Positions 33,549-47,763 are shown, counted from the first letter of the whole stretch. The stretch is 63,072 bases of DNA, filler included, from Reclinomonas americana ATCC 50394 (GCA_048213135.1; 30 parts of 30 records of this genome joined end to end with filler, not necessarily neighbours in it), one strand, 5' to 3'. Notes: generated by a model from the letters alone, not told the origin. Made by a program: numbers and translations.

Positions 33549-35648
33549 CTCACGCTCTGCTGCACAGGTATGTGGAGCTCACCGACACGCTACTGGCCTC
33601 TGCATTCCCCGATTATGAGGACCGAATCGCCGACCATGACTGTTGCGTTCCTCTCGCCCTCCTTCTTCTTGCTGTCGACTGACCCCCTTGTGTCGCAGCT
33701 GAGCGCGGCCGCCAAGTGCACGTGCAAGATCGCCGTCGCCGCCGCCTCCAGCAACTGGAGCAGGCCGCCGAAGCCGCTGCTGTTGCCGAGGCTGCCAAGG
33801 CCGCGGAGGCTGCGGCAAAGGCCGCCGCAATCGCCGAGGCCAAGGCTATGGCAGAGGCGGCCGCCGAAGCCGCTCCCCAAGAGGACAATGTCAAGTCGCC
33901 GGGCTCACCACCGCGAGGCACACTGTCGGCGGCCAGCCTCGCGCACTTGTCCGAGGCAGACAGCGATCCGGCATCACTGCTGGCCATGCGACTGAATGAG
34001 TGGGCCACCAATCACCACGTTGATGTGGCGGAGCAGCCGGCATTGCTGGCGGCGCTGATTGATGCAGCAGAGCAGTCGTCCACTTATGGCTTGCCCGAGG
34101 CGATTGATCCAGCATTGCTCCGTGCGGCATTCGCTCGGCAGGGCGGTGGGCCGAAAATCAGTCCGGAGGCACTGACAGAGCTGCTCAAGTTGAATCTGGG
34201 CCAGATGTTGAGTATTCGCGATCTGGAAGATTTGCGCGAGGAGGTGCAGGAGGAGGCCCGCGTTCAGCGAGTGCAAAAGGTGGAGGAGTTGCACGCGAAG
34301 AGCGTGACTCGGTTGGAGTTGGGCTGGATGGAGAAGAATCGAGCCATGGCTCTGCGTGAGCTGGAGAGGGTACGTCTGTGTGAACGCCAAGAGGTGTACG
34401 TGTACGTGTACGAGTGTGTGTCTCACTTTTGCTGTTGGAAACAGAGGACCGGCGACGCGCACGTACAATTACAAGCCGTGACAGCGCCGCGACAGGCCGG
34501 TGGGGCCAGCTTGGGTCGTGCGCGACGTGACTTGAACCGCTTGGAGGCACGCCTGGGACCCTCCAGCAAGCCGACTGGAGACGTGCCGGGAGTGCACGGT
34601 CAAGGACTTGGCGGGCATGACGGTGTAGCGGGTACGCGGAAGCGTGATGCTTTCCGCCGCCTGCTTGCCGAGCGAGACGGCAATGCTGGCAAGGTGGATT
34701 ACAGTCTGGGCGCCTCGGATAACAGCATGGGAACGGGTGGCGATGGCACCGGTGGTGCCGGTGGCGCGCTGGGCCTGCTGGCCGGCAACGGCACGGTGAC
34801 GTCGTTGGGGCAGCGGACGCTGTTTGACGCCGACATTCAGCGACTGTACAGTGACGGTACGCGCCGGTACGTGATGGACGAGGATCGACACGAGGTCACA
34901 CGCAGCGAATTCGTTCGACGGGTCATTGTTGGTGCGTATTGAAACCAGGGAAATAGAAGAGCAGGGATGCGCGCGGTCCCACTTGTGCTGATACACTCAT
35001 GCGTGAACGGGGGCGGCGGGCGTGCAGAGAGTCGACGAAGCGTCAATGTGCGCGACGCGGCCACGCAGACTCGACGCACGGCGTTTGGCACTGGCGAGCT
35101 GATGTCACCAACTTCGGAGAATGCACAGAACCACGCACTCGAGTGGGATCGACGCCGTCTGGCCGATTCGTTCATGGACAGCCGCAAGCCCGCCATGGTA
35201 CGTACGCATTGACCACGCATGGTGATGGTGACTTGTTCTTCTTATCATGCGCGCCGCAGTCGGATGAAGCCGTTCTGCAGCCTCTCGTGCACTCGCGTCG
35301 TCTGATGACCGCAGGAGCTGCCTACGGTGGTGTTGGTGGCGGTATGACAATCTCGGCGCCTTTCGGCAACACGGGCAAGTCGACACAGACGTCGCCTACG
35401 TCGCGCTTCGCCAAGAGCGCCAGTGCCAACATGGTCATGGAGATCACTGGCACTTCACAAGAAGGTACGATTGATGCCAATGGCCCGCCTGCCCCTCATT
35501 CGCCCGTTCCCGGAGCCGGAGCCGGAGGTGCTCGCGAGAGCGACAGCCCACACGCCACCGTGCTGCGCATGCGTCACATGATGGATGTGATCGAGGTCCT
35601 CGTCTGTGACTGCATGCTGCAAACACCTGCCTACTTGGAGCACGTTGG
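33549..35648 (+). CDS. Multi-exon hypothetical protein with an Ala/Glu-rich coiled coil (internal fragment)
   Basis: Long GC3-rich frames separated by GT-AG introns; no family recognised. Confidence 0.55.
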
Positions 35649-35749
35649 NNNNNNNNNNNNNNNNNNNNNNNNNNNNNNNNNNNNNNNNNNNNTTAATTAA
35701 TTAANNNNNNNNNNNNNNNNNNNNNNNNNNNNNNNNNNNNNNNNNNNNA

Positions 35750-35813
<64 letters not shown>

Positions 35814-35853
35814 TCTCTCCCTTCCTCCCTTCTCTCTCCCGCCCTCCCTCCCT

Positions 35854-35885
<32 letters not shown>

Positions 35886-35955
35886 TTCCATCTCATTTCC
35901 AACCGCACACGTGTCACTCTCCTTCCCCTTTCCTCTCTCTCACACACACACACAC

Positions 35956-36176
35956 CTCATCCTCCTGCTCCTCTCTGGCGACGCCGAGGCAGCAGCCGCA
36001 GACGAAGACGACTCATCCACCGTGACCTCCTTGAGGAGCTTCATCGAGGTCTCCTCTCTTGTCTGCCGCCACACGCACACCACCGACTGGAAGGCCGGAT
36101 AGGCGTAGGCCACTGCCGCAGTGCTCACGTCGACGAGGCACCAGAAGAGCCAGCTGACGAACCACGAAATCACCAT
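35956..36176 (-). CDS. First exon of a TB2/DP1/HVA22 (REEP-like) ER membrane protein
   Basis: MVISWFVSWLFWCLVDVSTAAVAYAYPAFQSVVCV resembles the REEP N-terminus MVSWIISR..YPAY.S; GT donor into a (GA)n-rich intron. Confidence 0.55.
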
Positions 36177-36267
36177 TCTCGCTGATATGACAAGGGAAAA
36201 GAGGGGCTGCAGAAGGACAGGAAATAACGGACACTTTGTTCGGCAATTGACAACTCTAACATTGAAT

Positions 36268-37240
36268 GTCGCTGCCTGCTGCAGAGGAGTGAGAAGTCTG
36301 GTACGCTGGGTACGGAATCCGGACCGTGGTGTAGCTTGTGTGGAAGCGGGTGGGGGCGTAGACTTCGAGGTTCCATGGTTCGCGAATTCGAATTCGGCAA
36401 TTGGCAACTTGGTGTACGGATGGGTTTTGTGTCGCTGCTGTAGAGGAGTGAGAAGTATGGTACGCTGGGTACGGAATCCGGACCGTGGTGTAGCTTGTGT
36501 GGAAGTGGGTGGGGGCGTAGACTTCGAGGTTCCATTGTTCGCGAATTCGAATTCGGCAATTGAATTGAGTTTGCAAATGGGTTTGCGTCGCTGCTGCAGG
36601 GGAGCGAGAAGCATGGTACGCTGGGTACGGAATCCGGACCGTGGTGTAGCTTGTGTGCAAGTGGGCTTCGACTACATCGTTCGAATTCGGCAATATGACC
36701 TGAGTTTGCTAATGGGTTTTGTGTCGCTGCTGCAGAGGAGTGAGAAGTATGGTATGCTGGGTACGGAATCCGGACCGTGGTGTAGCTTGTGTGAAAGTGG
36801 GTGGGGGCGTAGACTTCGAGGCTGCATGCGTGTTGTTCGAATTCGGCGATTGACATGTTTTGGATACAATACGGTTGAACTTGGTCATCAAGACAGCTGT
36901 TGCTTGTTTGTTGGTGAATGAATTGTTGTTGTTAGCAAAAAAAAAAAACGCAACTCAAGTTTGCATATCAGTCCCCCGAGTCGCTGGTGCAGAGTCGTGG
37001 GAGGCGTGGTACGCTGGGTTTTGCATCCGGACCGTGGTGTAGCTTGTGCAGAAGTGGGTGGGGACTTCGATTACATGGATTTTTCATATCGATATCGTGC
37101 TTCCGAGAAGCTCGAGCTCCACGGCGCTGCGGCTGCCAGCTATCGCTGCAAGCAGGGGCAAGTAAGAGTCGCTGACATATAGATCCGGACCACAGTGTAG
37201 CATGCGGAGCACTTCGGGGTTCAACAACTTCGAATCGCCA
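36268..37240. repeat. Tandem array of five (plus one degenerate) 136-257-bp units
   Basis: ggtacgctgggtacggaatccggaccgtggtgtagcttgtg, with small variants, starts at 36300, 36459, 36615, 36751 and 37008. Confidence 0.92.
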
Positions 37241-37934
37241 GCAACGATTTCGACGAGCTCCAGCTCTTTGGCAACGAAGCCCCGAATGTTGGCTTGTGCG
37301 GTGGATTGTGCTGCTCTCCTTTGCCATTCACGAAGATCGTGGTGCCCCAGGCCTTCCTATGCAACCGACGACGCGGATAACTCGGAATCGAATTTGCAAT
37401 TGCAAAATCGAAAACAGCGAGTTGCAACTTCTGATCCACGGCGACGCGAGATGGCTGCCCCCGAAAGGAATACATAGAATTCGGGAACTGGTTTCGTGAT
37501 CCTATCTCCGGCTGCGGTGAAGCAAGCCCCAACTTCGAATTCCGATCCGTTGCATTCGAATCGATTTCGATATTCCGCGACCTTGTTGAGGCCCAGGCCT
37601 TCTACACACATGCCATTTAACCGGACCGCAGCAGGAGTTGCACGAACGCCGGCCAGATCTCTAGAAAGGCCAACTTCGCGGTCGTCGACGTCGCCCTCCT
37701 GCTCTCCTCTCCTCCCCAATCGCACCACCAGCATACACTCTCGTACACCACACCAGCAACAGCAGCAAGTTCTCACCCAAAGAAGGAGTTGCATGCATGT
37801 CCCGTTGCGCGCGAAACCAGTCCTATTGCGTCACNNNNNNNNNNNNNNNNNNNNNNNNNNNNNNNNNNNNNNNNNNNNTTAATTAATTAANNNNNNNNNN
37901 NNNNNNNNNNNNNNNNNNNNNNNNNNNNNNNNNN

Positions 37935-39930
37935 CGAAGAGAGATATCAACTGCTTGCTTGCCCCCTTCTCACCTGCATCGTCGCGGCAGTGCATCAGGC
38001 CTGGGGCGGCAACCGTGAGCAGGCTCCACAAGTGGCGGGCAGTGGGATCCGTGGCCAGTGTGTCGGTGCACTCTGCGGGCGAGCAGAAAGTGAGGTACGG
38101 CACCGCAGTGGTGTAGACCGTTCTGTAACTGTCGCGTGTGTCCACTCACCGTGCAGAACTGTCGTTCGGATCACACACAAACACACAACACGGTACGGTG
38201 GTGGGGTGAGTGAATGGTGCCATCTGTGACATGGATTTTCTCGACTGCGTTGTCATTACACACACCAGTGCCTCCGTCCCATCGCCGTCCCTCCTCAACC
38301 AAACACTTGGGCATCAACGATCTCACCGCATCGACAGATCCGTGCAAAACGGCAAGAAAGAGGACTGATCGGCCGCAACTGCACGCAATAGATACATGAG
38401 AGGAGGATGGTCGTACACAGCAGTGTGTGAGGGAGGGAGAGTGACTTACGGAGCCGCAATCTGGAAGCACAGTTGGGAGGGTGGTGGAGATTGCGCTAGC
38501 CAGGAGAAATCGCCGAAAAGCGAATGAGAGAGAGCCCCTGAGACACACACACACGCACACACACAATGCGGTAAGTCGACGCGGCCACGAGAAGCCTGGC
38601 TGCTGCTACCAAGCGCAACTGACGGCCTGCGTCACAGCAGTCGAGGGCGCACTTGCCGACACCAGCTGCGAAACCATACTGACGCAGGCGGTGTTGCGGG
38701 CGAGTGTAATGTCGGCACCACGCAACAGCAGCTCTGTGTGCCGAGTGCTTTCAGTCATCGCGCGCCTGGTGAGTGACTGCTCATGCGTACCACCCACAAA
38801 CCTTCCACCAGCTCTTGCTGCGCGTGCTGTTGAACAGCCGACGACTTGTGCGACAGCAACAAGTGAAGACTCGTCTCCCCTGTTGTGAGCAGAGCTGACC
38901 TGTCAGTACACGGCGGCGACCACCGATGCGGTCAACACGACTCACCAGAAAACGTCAACACGTTGGGACTGGCGCCGAGGCGCACCAGGAAGAGCGCAGC
39001 GTCAAAGTGCTTACCGGCCACAGCACGCACCAGTGGTGTGAAGCCTTCCACGTCCTGCGAGTCCAAAGCCAGTTGCGTTTTACCGCCCAGTGCTTCACAC
39101 ACTTGTGCCAGCAGCGTTAGCTGACCGCAGCGCGCACACACTATGCGTGTGTGACAGTGTCAGAATGCGCCAAATCAAAGGTGCATGCGTGTGGCGCAAC
39201 AGTGAATGGCGTTTTCCCCTCGGGCATTCTCCGCCCCAACTTCGGCACCCGCACGCATCAGCAGATCCACCACCACGTACGCTTCGTACTCCATCGCCCG
39301 AAGGAGAACCGTGCATTCTGCGTGCATGTGAGGCGCGATGCGTACAGTGGCATGATCAGGTGACTCGCTCACCGTCATTATCACGCGCCATCAACAGTGA
39401 CCGTGCCGCTTCGCGTCGATAGTCGAGAAAGAAACTCGTCAGCTCGGCGTTCCGGGTGCGAGCACACACTGCGCAACACCGTCACACACTTATTATTGTG
39501 CACATGGACACGTGCACACATACTTACCGTGTAGCACAGTTTCGCCTCGATTGTTGGGGAGAAGCAGATTGGCACCGCGTTGACACAGCCCCAGAGTGAG
39601 GTTCGAGAGACCGGCTTCGACGGCACGCAAGAGCGGTGTGTAGCCTTCAAAGTCGCGAGCCGCCAACAACTTTTCGCCCATCTGCGGCAAGCTGTCGAAG
39701 ATGACCTGCGCCAGATCCTCATTGTGGGCCACCGCACACACTGTGGAGTGTAATGCACGCGTGAGGCGCGCTCACGAAGCCGTGGAGAACAGGGAGAGTG
39801 CACAGTCACCGTGGAGAATGTTTTGTCCCTGAGCGTCACAGATGGTGGGGTCGGCGTGTTTGAGCAACTCGGTCATGGCTCGCTGACGGCGCTTCTTGAC
39901 ACTGCACAGCAGTGGAGTGTTGCCTGCAAG
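37935..39930 (-). CDS. Ankyrin-repeat protein, multi-exon fragment (copy A)
   Basis: DFEGYTPLLRAVEAG, NNRGETVLH, ENARGENAIHCCA, DVEGFTPLVRAVAGKH..GASPN. Confidence 0.85.
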
Positions 39931-39931
39931 C

Positions 39932-39978
<47 letters not shown>

Positions 39979-40119
39979 TACGACGACAACGAACGGTCGG
40001 ACTAGTTACGTAACGAAGGNNNNNNNNNNNNNNNNNNNNNNNNNNNNNNNNNNNNNNNNNNNNTTAATTAATTAANNNNNNNNNNNNNNNNNNNNNNNNN
40101 NNNNNNNNNNNNNNNNNNN

Positions 40120-41052
40120 GGCAGCGGTGGTCGCGTCCTTCACGGCGACGTTGATCGCCTTCATGATCGAGAACATCGTGACGCCCGCGACGCTCGGGTC
40201 GGCAACCGCGAGGTCGCTGTCGACACCGATCATCAGCGTGTCCTTGCCGCTGTCGGCGATCGCCGCCGCAGCGCTCTGGTAGACCGGGCCACCGACGGGA
40301 AGGATGACGTCGACACCCTGGTCGAGCACGCCCTGAGCGGTCTGCTTGGCGGTGTCGTTCGCGTCGAAGCCGCCCGTGAAGGAGCCCTCCTGCGTGGCGA
40401 CGTCCCAGCCGAACACCTGGACGGCGGCCGACTTGTCCTCGTTGTACTTGTCGACGCCGAGCGAGAAGCCGTCCATGAACACGGCGACGGACGGGATCTG
40501 CATTCCGCCGAAGGTGCCGACCTTGTTCACGCCGCTCTGCGCGGACCAGCCGGCCGCGGCGTATCCGCCGAGGTAGGCGGCCTGAGCCGTGTCGAAGACG
40601 AGCGGCTTGATGTTCGGAGCATCGGTGGTGCCGTCGAAGTCGGTGTCTGCGTAGTCATCGATGATCGCGTAGTCGATCTCGGGGTTCGCGAGCGCCGACT
40701 CGACCGTCGCGGCGGCCAGCTTGAAGCCGACGGCGACGATCAGCGAGCAGCCCTCGGAGACCGCGGTCTCGAGGTTCGGCGCGTAGTCGTTGTCGTTCGC
40801 CGACTCGAACTCGAGCGGCTTGACGTCGAGCTCCTCCGCGGCGGCGTCCATGCCTTCCTTCGCCGACTGGTTGAACGACTTGTCGTTCCAGCCGCCCGCG
40901 TCGGAGACGAGGCAGGGGAGGAAGTCGGAGTCCGCAGCGCCCTCCGAACCGCCGGCGTCATCGGTCGGGGCCTGGCCGCAGCCGGCAAGTGCGAAGATGA
41001 CGCCCGCGGCGATTGTCGCGCCGAGCAGCTTCTTGGTGGTGGAGATGGTCAA
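40120..41052 (-). CDS. BMP-family ABC transporter substrate-binding lipoprotein (3' truncated), actinobacterial
   Basis: LAGC lipobox; SDAGGWNDKSFNQSA, GADVI-like GVDVILPVGG, IGVDSD; GGAGG RBS. Confidence 0.93.
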
Positions 41053-41200
41053 CTGATGCCTCCCTCAACGAAACCGCGGCCATCGCGGATCGATCAAAGT
41101 TACCTACTGTTTCAACTTTTGTACGCGCTCGCCCCGCACGTGCTGGCGAAAGGTTACAAAGCTGAAACCAACCCAGCCGATGAGCATCCGACGGCGCTCA

Positions 41201-41391
41201 TCAGAGCACGTCGCCCTGCCCGTTCAGCTTGAGGGACTCCACGACGCCCTTTACGCGCTGCGCGTGCTGCACGGTCGTGACCAGCAGGGCGTCAGGGGTG
41301 TCCACCACGACGATGTCCTGCACGCCCACCAGGCTGATGACGCGGGAGGTCTGACTGACGAGGATGCCGCTCGCGGCATCCGAGAGCACGC
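41201..41391 (-). CDS. manC: Mannose-1-phosphate guanylyltransferase, C-terminus (5' truncated)
   Basis: ISLVGVQDIVVVDTPDALLV....AQRVKGVV. Confidence 0.8.
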
Positions 41392-41543
41392 NNNNNNNNN
41401 NNNNNNNNNNNNNNNNNNNNNNNNNNNNNNNNNNNTTAATTAATTAANNNNNNNNNNNNNNNNNNNNNNNNNNNNNNNNNNNNNNNNNNNNACACTCTTT
41501 CAGGGTTTCCGCTCTTTCTCCTCACGACCTCTCATCTTTCCTA

Positions 41544-41589
<46 letters not shown>

Positions 41590-41737
41590 GTCTGCGTCTG
41601 TCTCGGTCTTGGTGATTACTTGTGCTTTTCTTTTTCCCTTCCTCCCCCTTCTGTTCCTCATCCTTCCCTCTTCCTTTCCTTCCCCCCTCCCTCCCCCTTT
41701 GTCCCTTTCCCTCAATTCCCCTTCTTCCCCTTCCCAG

Positions 41738-42619
41738 CTCCCGGTGATTCTGTGGGTCCTCACCTCCCTCCGCCACCACCTCCTCCGCCGCCCCGTGCAC
41801 CTCCTCCACATGGCCGCGTGCTTCGCCGCTGGCCTCCTGCCGTACGCCTACTTGCCCCTGTCGAGCATCTTTATCCAGGCGCCCTACTCGTGGGGCGACA
41901 CGGGCACCCTGACTGGATTCCTCACGCACCTGCTGCGCGCCGAGTATGGCACCTTTGACTTGGCCAAGGCCGACGACGAGCAGATGCGCAACGTGATGAC
42001 GAGCCTGTGGCGCAACATGCGCGCCTTCTTCGCCTACTACCAGGTGGAGACGTACCACGTCGGTCTGGCACTGGCCGCCGTCGGCACGCTGGCCCTGCTG
42101 CTCAGCTACACGCGCGTGCGCCACCAGCTCTTCCAGCTGCCGTCGTCGCCTTCGCCTTCTGTCGGCAAGAAGAAGCGCACGGGTGCGTCGTCCAAGGTGA
42201 CGGCCGACGAGCACGATCGCATGCTGGACTTGGCGCGCTGGCCGCTCCTCCTCGGCCTGGCCGTGTACATTGTCTTCTTTTGCTGGCGCGGCAACCTCGA
42301 CGTGGAGGGCGTCACGCATCGCATCATGTGGGAGCGCTTCTGGATGCAGCCGACGGTGCCGATGCTGCTGCTGTCGGCTCTCGGTCTCGCCGCTGTGTGG
42401 TCGTGGTTGAGCCGTCGCGCGTTTGGCGCCAACGCCGAGCCGCGCTGGGTGCAGCCGGTGGCGCTGCTGCTGGTGGTGGCCGTGTGCGTGGTGCTGGTGA
42501 CGGCGAACTATGAGGCCGCCGACGAGAGTGAGGATCGCTTTGTGGATTCGTTGGGGCGGGCGCTGCTCGAGGCGGTGCCGCAGGATTCGATTTTCCTCGT
42601 GCAGGGGGATACGACGTCG
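41738..42619 (+). CDS. TMEM260: TMEM260 / DUF2723 protein O-mannosyltransferase, internal exon
   Basis: GLLPYAYLP..YSWGD..GFLTHLLRAEYGTF, ERFWMQP, P.DSIFLVQGD. Confidence 0.85.
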
Positions 42620-43497
42620 GTGCGGCGAAAGGGAAAGGGAGAGTAGGAGAAGGAGGGAGGGGAAGGGAGGAAAACGGAAAGGGAGAAGGCGGGAGGGAGA
42701 TAGAGAGGGAGGGGGAAGGAGGGAGGAAAAGGGAAGGGAGAGGGAGAGGGAAAGGGAGTGTGTGAGAGAGAGGGAGGGGGAAGGAGGGAGAGTGAATGAG
42801 AAAGGGAGGGCGAGAACGAAAGAGGAAGAGAAAGAGACACGCACAGACAGATAGGCACACAGACTGAGAGACAGGTATGCAGACAATGAGACAGGCAGAC
42901 TCACGTGCACGGACAGATTCACATGCAGACAGACAGACAAAACAGAAAAAGTGAGGGAGAGAGTGAATGGGAAAGGGAGAGGGCGGGAGAGAGATAGAGA
43001 CGGAGAAGACAGACAGGCATGCATGCAGACAGTCGGGCAGACGGACAAGCAGACACACGGAAAGAGAGACAGGCATACAGGTATGCAGACAAAAAGGCAG
43101 ACAGGCTCACATACATCGACAGATTCACATGCAGGCTGACAGACAAAAGGAAAAAAGAGAGCACGAGAGAGTGAGAGGGTGGGAGAAAGAGAGGGAGAAA
43201 ATGAATGAGAAAGGAGAGAAAGGAAGAGTGTGTGAGTGAGTGAGAGAGAGAGAGAGAGTGAGTTAGAATCGGAGAGGGCGGGAGAAAGACAGGGAGAGGG
43301 CGGGAGAGGAAGAGAGAGACACAGAGAGATCGATGGAGACAGACAGATAGACAGAGAGAGAGAGAGAGAAAATGAATGAGAACGGGAGAGGCGGGAGAAA
43401 GACAGGGAGAGAGTGAACGGAAAGGGGAAAGAGAGGAAGAGAAAGTGAATGAGAAAGGGAGAGGGCGGGAGAGCAAGGGGGAAGAGAGACGAAGAAG

Positions 43498-43541
<44 letters not shown>

Positions 43542-43674
43542 GAGGAGGACGGAAGAAGAAGAGGAGGGAGGAGGNNNNNNNNNNNNNNNNNNNNNNNNNN
43601 NNNNNNNNNNNNNNNNNNTTAATTAATTAANNNNNNNNNNNNNNNNNNNNNNNNNNNNNNNNNNNNNNNNNNNN

Positions 43675-45637
43675 TGGAGAGAGATATCGACTGCTTGCTT
43701 GCCCCCTTCTCACCTGCATCGTCGCGGCAGTGCATCAGGCCTGGGGCGGCAACCGTGAGCAGGCTCCACAAGTGGCGAGCAGTGGGATCCGTGGCCAGTG
43801 TGTCGGTGCACTCTGCGGGCGAGCAGAAAGTGAGGCACGGTGGTGTAACTGTCGCGTGTGTCTACTCACCGTGCAGAACTGTCGTTCGGATCACACAAAC
43901 ACACAACACGGTATGGTGGTGGGGTGAGTGAATGATGACATCAGTAACATGGATTTTCTCGACTGCGTTGTCATTACACACACCAGTGCCACCGTCCCAT
44001 CGCCGTCCCTCCTCAACCAAACACTTGGGCATCAACGATCTCACCGCATCGACGGATCCGTGCAGAACGGCAAGAAAGAGGACTGACCGGCCGCAACTGC
44101 ATGCAACAGACAAATGAGAGGAGGATGGTCGTACATAACAGTGTGTGAGGGAGAGTGACTTACGGAGCCGCAATCTGGAAGCACAGTTGGGAGGGTGGTG
44201 GAGATTGCGCTAGCCAGGAGAAATCGCCGAAAAGCGAATGAGAGAGAGCCCCTGAGACACGCACACACACACACAATGCGGTAAGTCGACGTGGCCACGA
44301 GAAACCTGGCTGCTGCTACCATGCGCAACTGACGGCCTGCGTCACAGCAGTCGAGGGCGCACTTGCCGACACCAGCTGCGAAACCATACTGACGCAGGCG
44401 GTGTTGCGGGCGAGTGTAATGTCGGCACCACGCAACAGCAGCTCTGTGTGACGAGTGCTTTCAGTCAACGCGCGCCTAGTGAGTGACTGCTCGTGCGTGC
44501 CACACACAAACCTTCCACCAGCTCTTGCTGCGCGTGCTGTTGAACAGCCGGCGACTTGTGCGACAGCAACAAGTGAAGACTCGTCTCCCCTGTTGTGAGT
44601 AGAGCTGACCTGTCAGTACACGGCGGCGACCACCGATGCGGTCAACACGACTCACCAGAAAACGTCAACACGTTGGGACTGGCGCCGAGGCGCACCAGAA
44701 AGAGCGCAGCGTCAAAATGCTTACCGGCCACAGCACGCACCAGTGGTGTGAAGCCTTCCACGTCCTGCGAGTCCAAAGCCAGTTGCGTTTTACCGCCCAG
44801 TGCTTCACACACTTGTGCCAGCAGCGTTAGCTGACCGCAGCGCGCACACACTGTGTGCGTGACAGTGTTAGAATGCACCGAATCAAAGCTGCATGAGTGT
44901 GGCGCAACAGTGAATGGCGTTTTCCCCTCGGGCATTCTCCGCCCCAACTTCGGCACCCGCACGCATCAGCAGATCCACCACCACGTACGCTTCGTACTCC
45001 ATCGCCCGAAGGAGAACCGTGCATTCTACGTGCATGTGAGGCGCGATGCGCACAGTGGCATGATCATGTGACTCGCTCACCGTCATTATCACGCGCCATC
45101 AACAGTGACCGTGCCGCTTCGCGTCGATAGTCGAGAAAGAAACTCGTCAGCTCGGCGTTCCGGGTGCGAGCACACACTGCGCAACACCGTCACACACTTA
45201 TTATTGTGCACATGGACACGCACACACACTTACCGTGTAGCACAGTTTCGCCTCGATTGTTGGGGAGAAGCAGATTGGCACCGCGTTGACACAGCCCCAG
45301 TGTGAGGTTCGAGAGACCGGCTTCGACGGCACGCAAGAGCGGCGTGTAGCCTTCAAAGTCGCGAGCCGCCAACAACTTCTCGCCCATCTGCGGCAAGCTG
45401 TCGAAGATGACCTGCGCCAGATCCTCATTGTGGGCCACCGCACACACTGTGGAGTGTAATGCACGCGTGAGGCGCGCTCACGAAAGCGGTAGAGAACAGG
45501 GAGAGTGCATTGTCACCGTGGAGAATGTTCTGCCCCTGAGCATCGCAGATGGTGGGGTCGGCGTGTTTGAGCAACTCGGTCATGGCTCGCTGACGGCGCT
45601 TCTTGACACTGCACAGCAGTGGAGTGTTGCCTGCAAG
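43675..45637 (-). CDS. Ankyrin-repeat protein, multi-exon fragment (copy B, nearly identical to copy A)
   Basis: Collinear with 37935-39930 along its whole length, introns included. Confidence 0.85.
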
Positions 45638-45642
45638 GGGGA

Positions 45643-45747
<105 letters not shown>

Positions 45748-46159
45748 NNNNNNNNNNNNNNNNNNNNNNNNNNNNNNNNNNNNNNNNNNNNTTAATTAAT
45801 TAANNNNNNNNNNNNNNNNNNNNNNNNNNNNNNNNNNNNNNNNNNNNACACACGCGCGTGCTCTGACACATGTACGTGTGTGTTGCATGATTCGTGCGTG
45901 CAGGTCTCCTCAAGCAAGACGGGTGGGAGCACGACAAGGAAACCACTCGCCAATTGTTCCCCCCGCCAGCACTTCCCTTCGTGCTGCTTCCTACTGGCAA
46001 ACCGCGTGGTACCAAACGATCGCGACCCCTGTACCCCACACTGGCGCAATCGATGGTACAGCTGTTCCTGCTGTGCGTACACGTACGTGCGCGTGTGAGG
46101 TGAGCACGCTGCACGCGAGAAGTCAGCACCCGATGCTAATCAGGCTTGTTGGTCCGCAG

Positions 46160-47004
46160 TGATGGCCCTGAACAGCAGCAACACGGAGCACAGTTGGCGG
46201 CATACCTGCAAGACCTCGACATTGCGTTTACAAGCATCATCAATGCGTTCAAAGACGCCTCGGTACCGGTACGCGTCGCCGAATTGGTCGAGAGTGCACT
46301 CGGTACGATGGACGCCAACTGGCTGGTTGCCCTCCTATTGTGTGAGGAGTTAGTGGCCTATGAGCACGTCGAGAGAATGCGGCAGGCACTGGAGGCGAGC
46401 AAGGATCAGGCAGCTGAGCGCCGCAAGTGGGGCATGCCTGTGTTCGATGCTAAATCGATCGGTGGTGCTGCCGGTGCCCTCCGTGAGGCTTGCCGCGGTG
46501 TGCAAAAGGGCCACGACCGGTGCATCGTTGCTTGGTGCGTGTGCGAGATAGTACGTAGTCTGACCTCTTTGTCCTGCAGTACAACTTACTTTTTTCTTGT
46601 ACGTATGTAGGAGAGGCAACGCGTTCTACGAGGATGCCAGGGTGCTGTCGCAGCGCATGCATCGTCGCCTGTGCATGACATCGATAACGCAGTTGCAAAG
46701 GTGTGAGGCATACGTACGGCCGCGGTGCACGACCCATGATATTTTTCATTTGCTGACTGTCTCTTTTCTCCAGCGCCATCACTGCGCAAGATGATGACGA
46801 CGACTGGAAGAAGGTTGGCATTCGGCCGTCGTCTAATCTGCCGACCACAAAGGCGTCGGCGATGGCGTTGCATCGAAAAAAGGAGATTAGTCGATTGCAT
46901 GCGGCGATAGCTGGCCACGACGTGTGTCGCTTGCCGTCATCTGGGTTCTTGGAGCCGGCGGCAGAGGCGTCGAGTGTTGAAAGAACGGTGCCCACTGTCA
47001 GTGG

Positions 47005-47040
<36 letters not shown>

Positions 47041-47763
47041 CTGTTTGTTTTGTTTGTTTGTTTGTGTGAGTGTGTGCAGGTGTGCGTGTGTGTCTCGCTC
47101 TTGCGTCTCTCTCCGTGTTCGCTCACTGGTGCGATCGTTCTGTCTCAAAGCCTTGGCACGACTACCCAAATCGTGCACGACAAGTGCATCCGTCAGCAAC
47201 ACAACCAGGCACAACAAGTGTTGCATGCGGCGTCGAAGCAGATGCGGAATGCCAAGAAGTTAGGTGCCTCCACCGGCCCTCCAATCATCCACCGCGGATC
47301 TCTGCAACCGGACTTCGGCGAGAAGAAGAAGAAGAGGACGGTGCGGTCGCGCTGCACTGTTAACGTTGCCTGCCGAATTGATGCGCACCATAACACACGT
47401 TTCTTCTTGTTGCGCGCAGCGACGGTCGCAGAATCGACGGCCGAAAAAGAAGAAAAACCAGCCACACGGAGACTCGGCCACGGGTGTCTTGGCGACCACT
47501 GCTGCTGCTCCCCTTGCAGGCCATCCACCGACCATGGAGCGTCATGCATATGGTGATGCCGAGATGCTGGTGGTTGTAGGTCACGAGAGTGAGGTGCGTC
47601 ACAGATCATCTGCCTTGTTCTCGTTCTCCTGCTTTAGCTAATTATATATGACTTCTCGCGCAGCCACCGGTGGTACCGCCGCCGCCGGCTGCTGGCGCGT
47701 CCGTTCCTGCAGCAACTCCACCGGAGAAGGAGAAGGCGAAGGCATCTCAACTCCTGCTCGAGG
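46160..47763 (+). CDS. Multi-exon hypothetical eukaryotic protein (fragment)
   Basis: Helical coding-like exon 46160-46510 and further GT-AG-bounded exons; no family recognised. Confidence 0.4.

Noticed and set aside
36268..37240. CRISPR array or tRNA cluster
   Set aside because: The inter-core sequences are homologous to each other rather than unique spacers, the units are too long, and no cas genes are present. Resemblance to A/B boxes is weak and I could not build a cloverleaf.
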